This document shows positions 1 to 13,440 of a DNA stretch of 64,000 nt, piece after piece. The translations under genes and the position numbers were made by a program. The notes beneath the pieces were generated by a model that was not told where the DNA came from, did no database searches, and was given only the letters and a program-made list of their open reading frames with translations. The stretch's first letter is position 1. Every line of letters begins with the position of its first letter. Source of the DNA: Vicugna vicugna (lineage: Eukaryota); contig MU058815.1 in the NCBI GenBank assembly GCA_013265495.1, positions 814,523 to 878,522 of the forward strand, in the 5' to 3' direction.

Positions 1-66
1 CGCTCATTCTTGTCCTCATCTTTATAGGTTTGCTAATAATGGTAAGCCAAGTCAAGAAGCAGCTAT

Positions 67-650
67 CTGCACTATTTACAATAGCCAAACATGGAAACAA
101 CCTAAATGTCCATCAACAGATGACTAGATGAAGATGATGTGATATATATACATATAAATATATATATATATAGTGGAATACTACTCAGCCATTAAAAATA
201 ATGAAATAATGCCATTTGCAGCAACATGGATGAACCTAGACATTATCATATTAGGTGAAGTAAGTCAGACAAAGACAAGTATAATACAATATCACTTATA
301 AGTGGAATCTAAAAAAAAGTTGCAAGTTTTATTTACAGACCAGAAATAGACTCACAGATACAGAAAACAAACTATGGTTACCAAAGGGGAAATTGGGGAA
401 GGATAAACGAGAAGTTTGGGATTAACTGATACACACTATTATATATAAAATAGATAAACAACAAGGACCTACTGTATAGCACAGGGAACTATATTCAGTT
501 CCTTGTAAGGAGCTGTAATGGAAAAGAATCTGAAAAAAAAATGTATGTATATGTATAACTGAAGCGCTTTGCTATACACCTGAAACTAACATTGTAAGTC
601 AAATACACTTCAGTAAAAAATACAATTTAAAAAGTGGGAAAAAAAAGAAT
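67..650 (+). mobile_element. LINE-1 3' end (ORF2 C-terminus remnant, 3' UTR, A-rich tail)
   Basis: Typical L1 3' motifs (gcactatttacaatagccaa, atgccatttgcagcaacatggatgaacctaga, ctgtatagcacagggaactatattca) ending in an A-rich tail at ~630-650. Confidence 0.9.
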
Positions 651-1530
651 TTGCTATCTGACTCCCAAGCCCTGATAACAGTCAGTGAAGAAGGGGGAGA
701 AGGAGGAAGAAGATAAAGTAAACAGAGTATGCAAAAAAAATTTTAGGAAAACCCTCAACGATTTCCTAAGAAGCTTAGAATAACACCTGACTTTGTTAAC
801 CATGGATGGCAAGGTCTTGCCCGTGGGTCCCTCTCCGCCTTGCTCTCCTGACAGTCTCTCCCTGATCACCAGTGCAGACCACCCAAGTCTCCCTGCTGTT
901 TCTCTAAAATGAAAGTACTGGGAACTTTGCACTTTCTGTTCCCTGGACCTGGAACGCTTTTCCTCCAGCTGTTCCTTGCTATCAGGATCAACCCGGATCT
1001 GAAGTAAGATTATATGGCCTTTAAAGTTCATCTTTCAAGTTTGTAATAAAAGCACAAGCCCACTAATAAAAGAAAATGGGGAGAAATATGAATAAATAAC
1101 TTAGACAAAGATAAATAAAAAAATTAAATAAGCAAATGAAATAGTGTTTATCCTCACTAAATAGATCAATTTATGAAACATGTTATAGCTAAAGTTAACT
1201 CCAAAATCAATAACTTCAGTGTTCATTTACCCTTCTAAGTCAACGATTTCAATGTTACAGTGAAACTGGGTTATTCATGTCCCACTGGCGGCATCTGAAA
1301 TTATAAATTTTTGGAGGCAGAAATTAGTTGGCAATATATATCTCAAAAAATATAAAATGCTTAAAATCTTTCACACTGAAAATTTACTTTTAGAAATGAT
1401 TCTGAGAATGTCAACCTCCATGTATTGTCTGTAGCATTAAAAATATAGCAATTCAAATATAATACAATAATTAAATATATGGTAGTTGAGCAACAAAATT
1501 ATACTATGTATAGCAATAAAATGTTAACTA

Positions 1531-3597
1531 AGGTCAAGATGGCAGAGTGGTAGGACCACAAACTCGCCTCTCCTCGTGACTACAGTAAAACCACAACTGA
1601 CTGCTAAACAACCATCAAAAAAAAAAAAAAAAAAAGACTGGAACCTAGGAAAAAAGATCTTCTTCAACTGGAAACATAAAGAGGAAACCACAGCAGAATG
1701 GTAGGAGGCGGGTGCTCATGATGCAATCAGGCCCCATGCCCTCCTGGGTGCGCAACCTACAAGCTGAAGGATAGTTAGGTTGCAGATGCCCTCCCGCAGG
1801 AGTCAGAGCTCTAAGCCCACATCAGGCTCCCAGCACAGGGTCCTGGCACTGGGAAGAGGAGGAGACCCAAGGACAGCTGGTTTAGAAGGCCAGCGGGGCT
1901 TAACTCCAGGAGCCCCATGGGACTGGGGGGAACAGGGACTTCATTCTCTTGGGAAGCACACACGGAATCTTGCACGTGCCTGGTCCAAGGGCAGAGGCAG
2001 TGATTTCACAGGAACCGGGCCAGACTTGCCTGCTGTTTTTGGAGGGTCTCCTGGGGTGTTAGGGGATGGCTGCGGCTCACCCAGGGGACATAAAAGCTGG
2101 TGGTGGACATTACTGGAGTGTCCATCTACATGAGCTTTCCTGGAGGCTGACATCTTGAATTGGCTCATTAGCACCAAGACTCTAGTCCCACCTGTAGACT
2201 TAAGGGCTGGAAAGCCTCAGGCCAAACCACAAACTGGATGGGAACACAGCCCCACCCATCAGCAGACTTCTTGAGCCACAAACATCTCTAGACAGGGCCC
2301 TATCCACTAGAGGCCCAGGACCAAGCTCCACCCAGCAGTGGGCAGGCACCAACTGCTCCTCCAGGAAACCTGCATAAGCCTCTAGTCCAGCCCCATCCAC
2401 TAGGGGGTAGATACCAGAAATAGGAAAATTGTTATTTTATTATTTTATTATTCCCAAAGCCTGTGGAAGGAATCCACAAACACAGGCCAGACACTACACT
2501 GGGACCCGCTCTACGCTGGCCCTTGGGTGACAAGACAGGAGTGTACTGCTGGGACACACAGGACGTCTCCCACAGAGGGCCACCTCTTCAAGGTCGAGAA
2601 GCATAAGTAACCTACCTAAAAACACCAATAGAAAGATAGACAGTATGAGGCAGCAGACGAATACCTTCCAGGCCAAGGCACAAGATAAAATCCCAGAAGA
2701 AGAAATGAGTGATGAGGAGATAAGCAATTTATCTGAGAAAAAGTTTAATGATGGTGGCAATGTTCAGAGAACCCAAGAGGAGTATAGATTCACAGAGCAA
2801 AGTTTTTAGCAGAGTTAGAAATATAAAGATTACCAAAATAGAATTGAGAAATAAAATCACTGAAATGAACAGTAAACTAGAAGGACCAAGAATAGACTAA
2901 ATGAGGCAGAGGAACAGATCAATGAGCTAGAAGACAGATTAGTGGAATTCACTACTTCAGAACAGGAAAAAGAAAACAGAATGAAAAGGAATGAGGATAG
3001 TTTAAGAGAACTCTGGGACAACATGAAGCACACTAATATTATTCACATTATTCCCAGAAAGCGAAGAGACAGAGAAAGGGCCTGAGAAAATTTTTGAAGA
3101 GATAATAACTGAAAACTTCCCCAACACGGGAAAGGAAACAGTCACCCAAGTCCAGGAAGTGTAGAGAGTTCCACACAGGATCAACCCAAAGAGGAGCACA
3201 ACCAGGCACATAGTATTCAAATTGACAACAATTAAGGACAAGGAGAAAAGATTAAAATTAGCAAGAGAAAAGCAACAGATAACATACAAGGCAACTCCCA
3301 TAAGGTTATCTGCTGATTTTTCAGCAGAAACTCTACAGGCCAGAAGGGAGCGGCACGATATATTTAAAGTGATGCAAGGGGGAAACTTACACCTAAGAAT
3401 ATTCTATCCAGCAAGGCTTTTATTCAGATTTGATGGAGAAATCAACAGCGTCACAGACAAACAAAAGCTAAAAGAATTCAGCACCACCAAACCAGCTTTA
3501 CAACTAATGTTAAAGGACCTTCTCCAGTCATCAAACCGTAAGAAAAGAGAACAAAAAGAAGAAAGAGTCGGAGGGGAAAAGACCTACAAAAGATAAG
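1531..3597 (+). mobile_element. LINE-1 5' part: 5' UTR and disrupted ORF1 (ATG ~2645)
   Basis: Starts gtcaagatggcagagt (L1 5' motif), followed by a GC-rich UTR. ORF 3222-3596 reads KQQITYKATPIRLSADFSAETLQARRE...FSTTKPALQLMLKDLL, the L1 ORF1p C-terminal domain. The upstream part has stops and frameshifts. Confidence 0.93.
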
Positions 3598-3886
3598 CAA
3601 TTCAGGGTCTTTCATGGTTCCATATAAATTTTGCAATGCTCTGTCTTAGTCCTGTGAAAAATCTCCTGAGTATTTTGACAGGGGTCACACTGGTCTGTAG
3701 ATTGCTTTGGGCAGGGTGGCCATTTTGATCATGTTGATTCTTCCAATCCAAGAGCACAAGATATCTTTCCATTTCTTTGTGTCATCTTTAATTTCCTTCA
3801 TCAATGTTTTTACAGTTTTCAGGATATAGGTAATTTCCTTGGTTAAGTTTATTTCTAGGTATTTTGTTGTTTTTGATGCAACGGAA
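3598..3886 (-). mobile_element. LINE-1 ORF2 fragment, antiparallel to the preceding L1
   Basis: ORF 3685-3966 contains KYLEINLTKE...KTLMKEIKDDTKKWKDILCSWIGRINMIKMATLPKAIYR, diagnostic of L1 ORF2p. Confidence 0.92.
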
Positions 3887-3954
3887 ATGTCTATGCCAGT
3901 TATAAAATTCTGATTTTTCAAGTAAATAAAAAAAGAAAAAGGTGAATGAAGGGC

Positions 3955-4240
3955 CACAAATGGCAAAATATCCTTATTTTTTTTATGGGAAAGTTGTGTT
4001 CAATTGCATATATATGCAACGTCTTCTTTATCCATTCACCTATTGATGGGCACTTAAGATGCTTCCATATCTTGGCAATTATAAACAATGTTGCTGTTAA
4101 AAAAATGTATAGAACTAAATGTACACACTCAAAATACTATAAGGTTAGAGAATTGTGTCAGTGTCAATATCCTTATTGCCATATTGTACTATAGTTTTCA
4201 AGATGTTACCATGGGGGGAAGCTGGGTAAAGAGTGAAAAA
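3955..4240. mobile_element. Two short L1 3' fragments in opposite orientations
   Basis: tttatccattcacctattgatgggcactta (minus) then ttttcaagatgttaccatggggggaagctgggtaaagagt (plus). Confidence 0.7.
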
Positions 4241-7200
4241 AAATTAATTAATAGGAATATGTAGAAAATAGAATGTTTTATGCTGACATACGTTGCTGAG
4301 AAAGAAAAAGCAAAAGAAATATGTTGCTGAGAAAGAAAATTCAGAATAAAAAGTTTACTTGTACATGGGCAAACTAGAAGATGACTTATAGACGTAAAAT
4401 TATGATTGTTGCTGTTCTAGCTTTTTCAAGTTTGTGTTTAATGCTTGGTTCTAACACCTTTGCAATTGTAAAGGAGGAAACACAGTGTCCCCATGTCCAG
4501 TTTACTTCTCTTGATAATTCCTGACTTTGCTGAAGATACCTGTGTCTCAAACATTGGTAAATAATCCGTGTCATCATCTGCAGACTTAACACTCAACACA
4601 GTGTCTGGACTTTACTGACAGCTGAAATCTGCTTCTCGAACCAAACAGTGATGGACGTGACAAATAGCTGAGAACATTGAGATCCTCGCGTCTGCTTCTT
4701 ACCTCTAACTGTGTTAAATTGCAATCAAGTTGACTAAAAAGAATCTATATCGAACCTGACAGCCTTTGGAGGAAATGCAAAAATATGGACTTTCTGAGGC
4801 TTTGACCAGTGAAATCGTTGCTAGTTTTCCAATGATGTTTGCTCTCAAGAAGTGTTAATTTCATCTGGTCCTTCATCGCAGCTCCGTAAGGGATGGTTCC
4901 CCTTTGTGATATCTACTCCTAAATTCTATTTTGCATAATTAAAATGACACAGAGGGGGAGGCAGACTGGGACACATTAAAAAAAATGTATACAAAAATAC
5001 AAACAATGAATGAGTAGTTGATTGGGGAAAGGTTGAGACAACTGAACGAATTTCATCCTGGTGGTAAGTGGAAGGGAAGGGCTTCCCAGACAGAAGTGAT
5101 GCTTCTGCGGGTCAGTGAGACATTGATGAACAAAGCATTTAGGGGAGGGCAGCAGAGAAGGACCCAAGAAATAATAGGGACAGCTAGAGAAGGGCTTCCC
5201 AGGCTGCGCCAAGAAACAGAATTTTACCCTGAACGGATAAGGAGGCATTGAAAGGCTTCTAGAAAGAAAATACTATTCTTTTCTCCCCCCCCCCAAAAGA
5301 GAAAGAAAAAATGCCATGGACCACATCCATAAAGCTCCTCCTGCAGATATATAGGAGGTACACGAGTTGTAAGGTATGGCATAAAACTTCAGGAACTACA
5401 TGAGGGAGAAAGAGCAATAAAAATTCTAAGTGAAATATTGGCTTTGGAGACTTTACAGCCTCCTGACTTCTCGGTGCCCTAAAGCTGCGGTGTGCGGTGC
5501 ATGACTTCCCCCTCCGGCTCGTGGGTGGTTTTCAGGTTGCTTGATTTTTTTCCCCTTCCATTTCAGAATGGCATCATTTGTTTCACAAGAATTAAATCAT
5601 TTGCAACTTGTTTTGAGACATCGTACATCACCGTAAAACGCGGCTACCGTTGGAGAGAGATGTTTCAAGCCCCTTGAGTATATTCTGAGCCCGCTTACAT
5701 GCAGCTCAGAATAGGACCTATGTAAGAACACAGGCGGGGAGACTAGGGACCCACTTGAGAATCTGCTTCTAACTAGCTGTTCAATGTAATGTTTGCCTGG
5801 CCCCACTCTCCGTCTTTGTTTCTCTTCCTACACCTCACTCCTAACTGGCTGTTGGAGAAACTGTAAGTCCTTATCCACCATGACTGCGGCTTAGTTGTTA
5901 AAAAAAATCCTCTCCAAACTTTCATTATATCCAAATTTTAGGAGAGATGGTTCCTTAATAACAGTGAGTCTTGTCCCATTGTTTTTCTCTATTTCCCAAT
6001 TTACCAATAACCGTGTTGCTGGTGTGATTGCCTTAGGGTCCCACACACAGGGAGGAGGCCTTTGTGAGCCCTCAGGGCCCTTCCTAGCACAGACCATCCA
6101 GACAAGAACGAGTTCTGTGGCTATCTGCTCGACGTTCATCACATGGCACTTTGCCAGTTTTTATAAGCAAGACACGATAAATAAGCCCAGTTTCTAAGCA
6201 GCTTGAGCTACAAAATAATTTAAGAAGTAAAACACATATAGATAAAAAAATAATAATCAGGATAAAAAAACGGCGCAAGAACTTGATGTTTCAAAACAGC
6301 CATTAGTCCTGTTGAGAAAGACCTCTTCCCCAGCTGGCGTTCCCGGTCCCAGGGTCTGGGAAGAGCAAGGACAGGACATCATTAAATGAGGTCAGAAGGC
6401 CAACCACAGGTGACTGTCTAAGGAGAAAAGCAACTTCTGTTAGCCCAACAGCCTCGGCCACCTCTGAAATACACTCCTGTATCCTTTCCGTCCTGCTTCC
6501 AGGACCAGAGACAGCTCCCGGCCACATCCGGAGCCTGGTGAGGGTGTCTTGAGTTGAATGCTCCGTAGTGTTAACACCTGGTACTAAACAAAGTGGCTTC
6601 ACACAGATTACCTCATGGAAAGGAGCCAGTGTTATGTATATGTTTGTCCGTTCTACATCCGAAGAAACAAAAACTCAAAGAGACTCAGACCATGTGACTC
6701 GGAAGCGGCAGTGGCCAGGCAGGAGGCCTGGACGCATGTCCTCTGATGCGTGGACAGCAGGACGAGTTCCAAACTTTGGTGAAGCACAGAACCTTGTACA
6801 GCTCTTTCCTACCAAAAATAGAAGCCGATGTTCACGGTCTAATCTAGGACTCACGGAGACAGGGTCTCTACACGGGAACTCAGACATCCGATGTGGCAAT
6901 CTCCACAGGTAATTCGGCTGTGCACCGCAGCGCAGGACCTGGACCAGTTGGAAAGGCAGCCTGATGCTGGAGGTCCCACTCTCTGATGGTGCCTCTTGCC
7001 ACCAGTACATGAAAATCATCGGGGGGTCCTTCCACAGTCACCCCGATTCAGTGGCTCTGGGAAGTCTGTGGTTTTAAATCTCCATCATTTTTCATTTAGG
7101 TTTTTCACAAAACACATAGGAGACAGGAAACTTTTTTAAAGCAGGCATAAATACTTTACATACAATGTCCTTGCTCTGTATATTCTTAAATGTTATCCAA

Positions 7201-9084
7201 ACAACTCAATCCCTAAGTGCATTGTATTCCCTAGTTCTGTCTCTAAGCGATGGTACTATAAACCAAATGTGGATACTTTTCAGTTCGGACTCTGACCTAA
7301 CAATAAAAATGCCAAAAGCAGACTCACTCAACACTCTCCAAAAATAACCTTTATTTTCTTCTAGAGAAGCACCACACATTGTACGATTTATTTTAATATT
7401 CTATTTTAACCGTGTGCTTTAATAATCTTAGTAAAGCAGAGTGGCAGAAGACAATTTGGATGAGGACACACACATTTTTATTTTCTTTTATTTTTGCCCT
7501 CTTTATAAGAATCTGTCGCTTTCCATCAAAGTGACACATTTGCATTATTATTACTTTTTTATTTAAGAGCACACACAAACATGGAACATACAGAGAAGCT
7601 TTCCGCGTGCCGTTGTCTTATTATGTTTCAAGTGTATTTTCCCAGATCCCTGGGGAAATCAGTAGAAAGACCTGAGAAGAGCCCTTGTGTGCCTGAGCAC
7701 ACACAGCGCCTGCACGTCGCTCCAGCAAAGCCTGCTCCGTCTTGCTGGTGAGCTGCTGTGAGCCCAGCGCACATCCAGGTGGCATAAAGTGCATTCACTG
7801 AGTGTGTGATTAGTCTAGGACGAGTCTGAAGGCTTGCCAGGCTGCTCAGAGGACGGCAGTGACATTCACAGTGAAAGGTCTCAGACTAGCGAAGCTGTCT
7901 GCAGGCAGCCGTAGGTCTGCCTTAGAAAACGATGCATCGTGTTGCGATTTTAATTTCATGCAGTATCACGATGTGATGTCATCACCAAACAAGGACTTTC
8001 AGCACCATTTGAAGTTCCTGCCTGTAAAACAGCACAACCAGTAAACCCAAACCAGCCTCTCCCCTGTGACTGATCCCCGTAGACCCCTTGGTCCATGGGG
8101 TGGAGTGGGAAGAACCTTCTCAGTGGCAGTAAATGGAAATCTATTTTCCATCCCATTCTTAAGGTGATGGTTCATCCAAGAGAAAAGAAAAAAGATAAAA
8201 TGATTTCAGGAAGACTGCTGCCTCCCTGCCCGAAGAGAGTTTCCCAGGATGCTCGGTTCCTGGGCGCCCTTCCCCAGATGTTGTCCCCTTACCACCGATT
8301 TGTGTTTTCACGTGAGATTTTACTCCAGATTAGAAACCCCAGATTTCTTCACTTCAGGTTTAAAATACGTCTTCTCACTGTGAAAACAAGCTTCCCAAAG
8401 AGAGAAACAGTTGATGGATTGAACCCTTTCTTGAAACTCTAATCTTAAAAAGACTTAAACTCTGATGACACTAGCCCAGGTCCTGGCGGTGGAGTTTAAC
8501 TTGCTTTCATACCTGCTCAAAGCAAATGGGAAGAAAATATTTCTTAGAAGGGCAGTCAATATGTGGTCCACGTGAAGAATATTATGGAGCTTCTTGGTGA
8601 GAGAAGATTATTAGAATAGGAGCCAAGAGGTGGGGTGGGGAGGGTGGGAAGACAGCCCCTTACCCCCTAGGATGTGGTTTAGCGCAGGCTTTGGGTTATG
8701 ACAAGTGATAACAGAGTTGGATGTGGGAGGAAAAGGGTATAAAGAATTGAAACCTTACATCCCCAGCCCAGACTGGCAGCCTCTTGATTCAGACGATGTG
8801 GTTCAGTAACTTTCTGCTGCTTCCTTTGCACCATGCCAGACGCGGCTTCTGGCCCCGGGAGCACAAAGGCTATTTTGTTCCACTGTTCACATGTTACAAG
8901 GAGGAAAGCAAGGAGACCGTGTTCTGCAAATCATTTCTGGCACCTTATTTTGTTCTCTTCTAAAGCAATAAGTTCACAACAGCAATGGAACAAGACCTCA
9001 TCTTAGCTGGGCAGGAAATAAAGAATGGAGATGAGATTCGCAAAAGTTAATGAAAGTCACTCCAAGTGAGGTGCTGAAAGGGCA

Positions 9085-9240
9085 TCGGCTTTAGAATCAG
9101 ATGAACTAGAGCATCGTTTTGGCTGGACTTCTTACTTGGTATAGAATATAGCACAAGTATCTTAAATCCTCTGAGGCTTCATTTCTTCAGCTGTAAAATA
9201 ATATCAGTACCACCCACTGCATGACATGGTTGCTATAACC
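9085..9240. mobile_element. MIR SINE remnant
   Basis: cttaaatcctctgaggcttcatttcttcagctgtaaaat resembles the MIR core. Confidence 0.6.
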
Positions 9241-9549
9241 ACTGTGTGTGTAGCCTTCACCTGATGCTCGGGTTTACAGGGCGCTCTGTAAACAGGTTTG
9301 TCCTCCTCCCCCATTTCAGACGAAAAATACTGTAGCAAGGATAAAATATATGCAAACCTACAACATGTAACTCAGGTGTGTGGAACATAATGCCATGTCC
9401 GGCAGACGTCCTGTAGATTCCATGTATGTTTAAACTGTCGATGCACTTGGGAGCTGCCCACTTAACGGTAAACACAGGCTTAGGACATTATGTTCTCTGT
9501 GGTCTCTTTTTCCAGGAAAGTAATTTCTTTGCTCCATGCTCTCAACATA

Positions 9550-10690
9550 TTTTTTTTTCTCTTTTTAAAAGTAGGCTTTATATTTTCACAGTTGCTTTAA
9601 GTTCACAGCAGAATTGAAAGTCTAGCGATTTTCCCCCACATATATGCACCGTCTCCCCCATGATCGATATCACCCACCAGCGGTGCATTTGTTACAGTCA
9701 GCCCACACTGGACCTACACTGTCGGGCACTACTCACCCACAGACCCTTGCTTACATTAGGGTTCACTCTTATATATTCTGTGGGTTTGGACAAATGTATA
9801 TGACACGCATCCATCATTATAGTGTCATACAGAGTAGTTTTACTGCCCCCCAAATCCTGGATTCCTCCCATTCATTCTTTCTTCCCCTCAAATTCTTGCC
9901 AATCACTGATCTCTTTGTATCTCCATAGTCTCGCCTTTTCCAGAATGCCATAGAGTTCAAATGACACAGTATGTAACCTTTCAGAGTGGCTTCTTCAATT
10001 AGTAATACGCATTTAAGGTTCCTTCTTGTCTTTTCCTGACTTGACAGTTCATTTATTTTTAGCGCTGAATAATGTTACATTGTCTGGATGTACTGCCAAT
10101 TATTTATCCATCCACCTACCATAAAACACCTCAGTTGCTTGCAAGTTTTTGCAAGGTAATTGTGAGTAGATCTGCTATAAACATCTCTGGACAGGTTTTT
10201 GTGTGAGCGTGCTTTCAACTTCTTTTGGTAAATACCAAGAAGTGTAATTACTGGATCATATTGTAAGAGTATGTTTAGTTTTGAAAAAAACAAACTGGTT
10301 TTCAAAGTGGCTATACCAGCTTGCATTCCCACCAGCAATATATCAGAGTTCCTGTTGCTCCGTATTCTTGTCGGCATTTGGTGATGTCAGTGTTCTGGAC
10401 TTGGACCATTCTAATGGGTGTGCAGTGGTATCTCATTGATTTAATTTGCATTTCCCTGATGGCGTATGATGTGGGGCATCTCTTCATATGCTGATTTTCC
10501 ATCTGTATGTCCTCTTTAGCCAGGTAGCTGTAAAGGTCATTGGCCCATTTTTTAAGTCAGGTTGTTTATTTTCTTACGGTTGACTTATAAGTCCTCTTTG
10601 CAGATTTTGGATAGCAGCCCTTCATCAGACGTGTCTTCTGTAAATATTTTCCTCCATTCTGTGGTTGGTATTGTCATTCTCTCGACTTCT
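9550..10690 (-). mobile_element. Old LINE-1 (L1MB/L1MC-like) 3' end
   Basis: T-rich tail at left. Minus-strand ORFs 10075-10502 give L1 ORF2 C-terminal remnants (IREMQIK...GTLIYCWWECKLV; YDPVITLLGIY). Confidence 0.88.
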
Positions 10691-11119
10691 ATTTCTTCTT
10701 CTATAATATTGTCTGTTTTGTTTGTTATGTAAATGGATCATAATTTCAAGATATGCTATAAGTCATTGCAAGATACAGTGTTAGCTTGTATTTCTAACAA
10801 ATGTGATACGTTAGCTCTGTATATCCACATGTGTGCACCTGCATGTACATGTCTGTGTGCTCAGGCAACATGCTGCTCTTGGAGAAGCAGTTCCGAGGCA
10901 GATGCATCCCTGGCCCTGAGGACCCTCCTGAAGAAATAGGGAGACTGCCTCCGTTCTGAGCTGTGTCCTTAGTTCTTAGATCTGCTGGGTTTCCTACACC
11001 CCTCACGACAGCAAACAGATTAAACACTAATGGCAGTCAAATGTTTTGGTGGCATTCATTAGGTTACTGGACCCAATTTCAAGGTTTGCATGTGTGCGTG
11101 CATGCGTGCATGCATGTGT

Positions 11120-11967
11120 GTACAGGGAGGGAGGAGAGTTTACCACACCTCCAATAAGCAATGTTTTGACACCAGCTGGGTGTCCTACAATTCAACTCAA
11201 TTCTGATCCTATCTACTCAGAAATAGAGTCAGATTCCACAAGTTAAGGGCTCATTCCTACAAGCCTGCCCCCAGGCAGTCGGAGGCCAGTTGCAAACCTA
11301 TGTTGTTATCTTTGCTTCTGACCAACTGGCCATAGATTAAGGTTCTAATGACTCCCTCCTTGGACTTCACACTCTAGTGGAAAGTCCAGCTTGTTGTTGG
11401 CTGGCTAGAAATCAGAGGTTCCCACAGTCCCTTCTTTGGGTTCAATTAATTTGCTAGAGCAGCCCACAGAACCCAGAGAAATAGTTTATTTTTATTTATA
11501 AAAGGTTGTAACTCAAGGACAGCCATATGGAAGAGACACATAGGGCAACACGTGGGGAACAGGGCACGACGCTTTCGTGCCCTCTCTGAGCTTGCCAGTC
11601 TCCCCAGCGCTCCACATGTTCTCCAACCTGGGAGCTCTCAGAACCCTGTCCATCTGGGTTTTATGGAGGCTTCATTACGTAGGCATGACTGATTAAGCCC
11701 TTGGCCATTGGCAGTTGATCCAACCTCCAGCCCCTCTCCCTTCCCCAGAGGTCAGCCAGGGTCAGGTAGGGGCTCTCTAGTCACATGGGTGGCTTCTCTG
11801 GCAGTCAGCCCCTATCCTTGGGTATTTACCAACAGTCACTTAGTAATATAACAAAAGCCACTTTTATGCTGTCATCACCTAGCAAATTCTAAGAGTTTTA
11901 GGACCTCTGTATCAAAAACAAGACGAAGACCCAATATGTATTTTTTATCATAAATCTGAACATCTCA
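11120..11967. mobile_element. Solo LTR, MER21-like
   Basis: gacaccagctgggtgtcctacaattcaactcaattctga and ttcaattaatttgctagagcagcccacagaa match the recalled MER21 consensus. Confidence 0.8.
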
Positions 11968-12984
11968 GGCGTTTAAGATATAGGAGATTCAATCAGTAGG
12001 TGGATGCTTTCCCCAGGAAATTCCACACAGTTGTTAGAGGATCAAAGATGCACTGTTGTTCAGCATAATATTAACAATAATACCTGGCGGGTGGGTCTCT
12101 TTATTTCCATGAAATAACACCATCAAAAGGTATGTTTTACCTCTTTTCTATAAAAATATTTTAGAATATAAAGCTTGAAAAAATGCAAGAAGTTGACAAC
12201 TTATCAAATACTCATTTGTCCTTGAGTAAATACAGTGAAGAGTTTTTAAAAATAAAAATAAATACTCTAAGCATGAAACAGAAATAAACAACTGGGTTAC
12301 TTTGCTTTAGAAACAAAAATCAAAGACTCTTCAGGACTTGAATTTTGCTCTATAAACGGATGCAATGCTGGTAGAAATGTGTATTTCCTGGTAGAGTTAT
12401 GCCTTAAATCATACAAATTATTTTGTATATTGACTCCATCTGCATTGATTTTCATTGTAATTTCAGATACAGGCGTTTCCATGTTTAGTAATTGATAAAA
12501 TTCGCTCTCCGAATCCTGATGGTCACTTACTGCACCGTTGAGTGTTTCCACAATTATTCATACTATGTAAATGTCAAATTTTAGCCAAAGAGAATGCATA
12601 TTCATGGTATTTTCACGTTCTCTTTAAAACAAGCAATCTCATTAGGACTCCACAGAGTATACAGCACGGTATAGATATTTAGCAGAAAAGATCAGTTGGA
12701 GAGGGGGAATGGTCAGACCATCATATACAACGGATACAACAAATCGGCCACCTTTCTAATCAGAAAATTCCATAAACAGGTGTCTTCATTAAGTATTCAA
12801 TAACCAGCAGATTCTGCTCTGCTTTGAATTCTAAGTCATCAATTTATTCAGAAAGTCTTTAAAATGTGTCTTTACTGCTGAAGACAAATACTTTTTCTGC
12901 AAAAACATTACAAAGAAGGTAGTACTGACAGGGAAGCTGTAAATTTTCTTACCAAAGGCCATGGGATAACTTCAGATATTTGCC

Positions 12985-13440
12985 ATCTAAGTTGTTGTGA
13001 CCAATTACCACAAATTTGGTAGCTTAAAACAACACAAATGTATTTATTATCTTATCCTTCTGAAGGTCGGAAATTGAAAGTGGTTCTCAATGAGTTAAAA
13101 CGAACAGGCCTGCAGGATTGAATTTTTTCTGGAGGCTCTGGGGAAAATCTGTTTTCTTACCTTCTCTGAGTTCCTCAAGTTGCCTGCATTCCTAGACCCA
13201 AAGCCTTCCTCTGACTTCAAAGCCAGTAGTGCAACATCTTCAAATATCTCTCTGATTCTTCCCTCTTGTATGGACTCTTGTGATTACGCTGAACTCATCC
13301 AGATAACTGAGGATAATCTTCCCATGACGAGATCTTTAATCACATCTGCAGAGTCCCCTTTGCCATGGAAGGTAACATTCACCGGTTCTGGAGATTAGGA
13401 CGTGGACCCCTTTAGGGGACCATTATTCTGCCTACAGCAT
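12985..13440 (-). mobile_element. MaLR solo LTR (MLT1-like)
   Basis: ttaccacaaatttggtagcttaaaacaac ... ggggaccattattctgcctaca. Confidence 0.85.

Noticed and set aside
12297..12551. 84-aa minus-strand ORF with protein-like composition
   Set aside because: GTG start, no recognisable homology, and no convincing splice sites.
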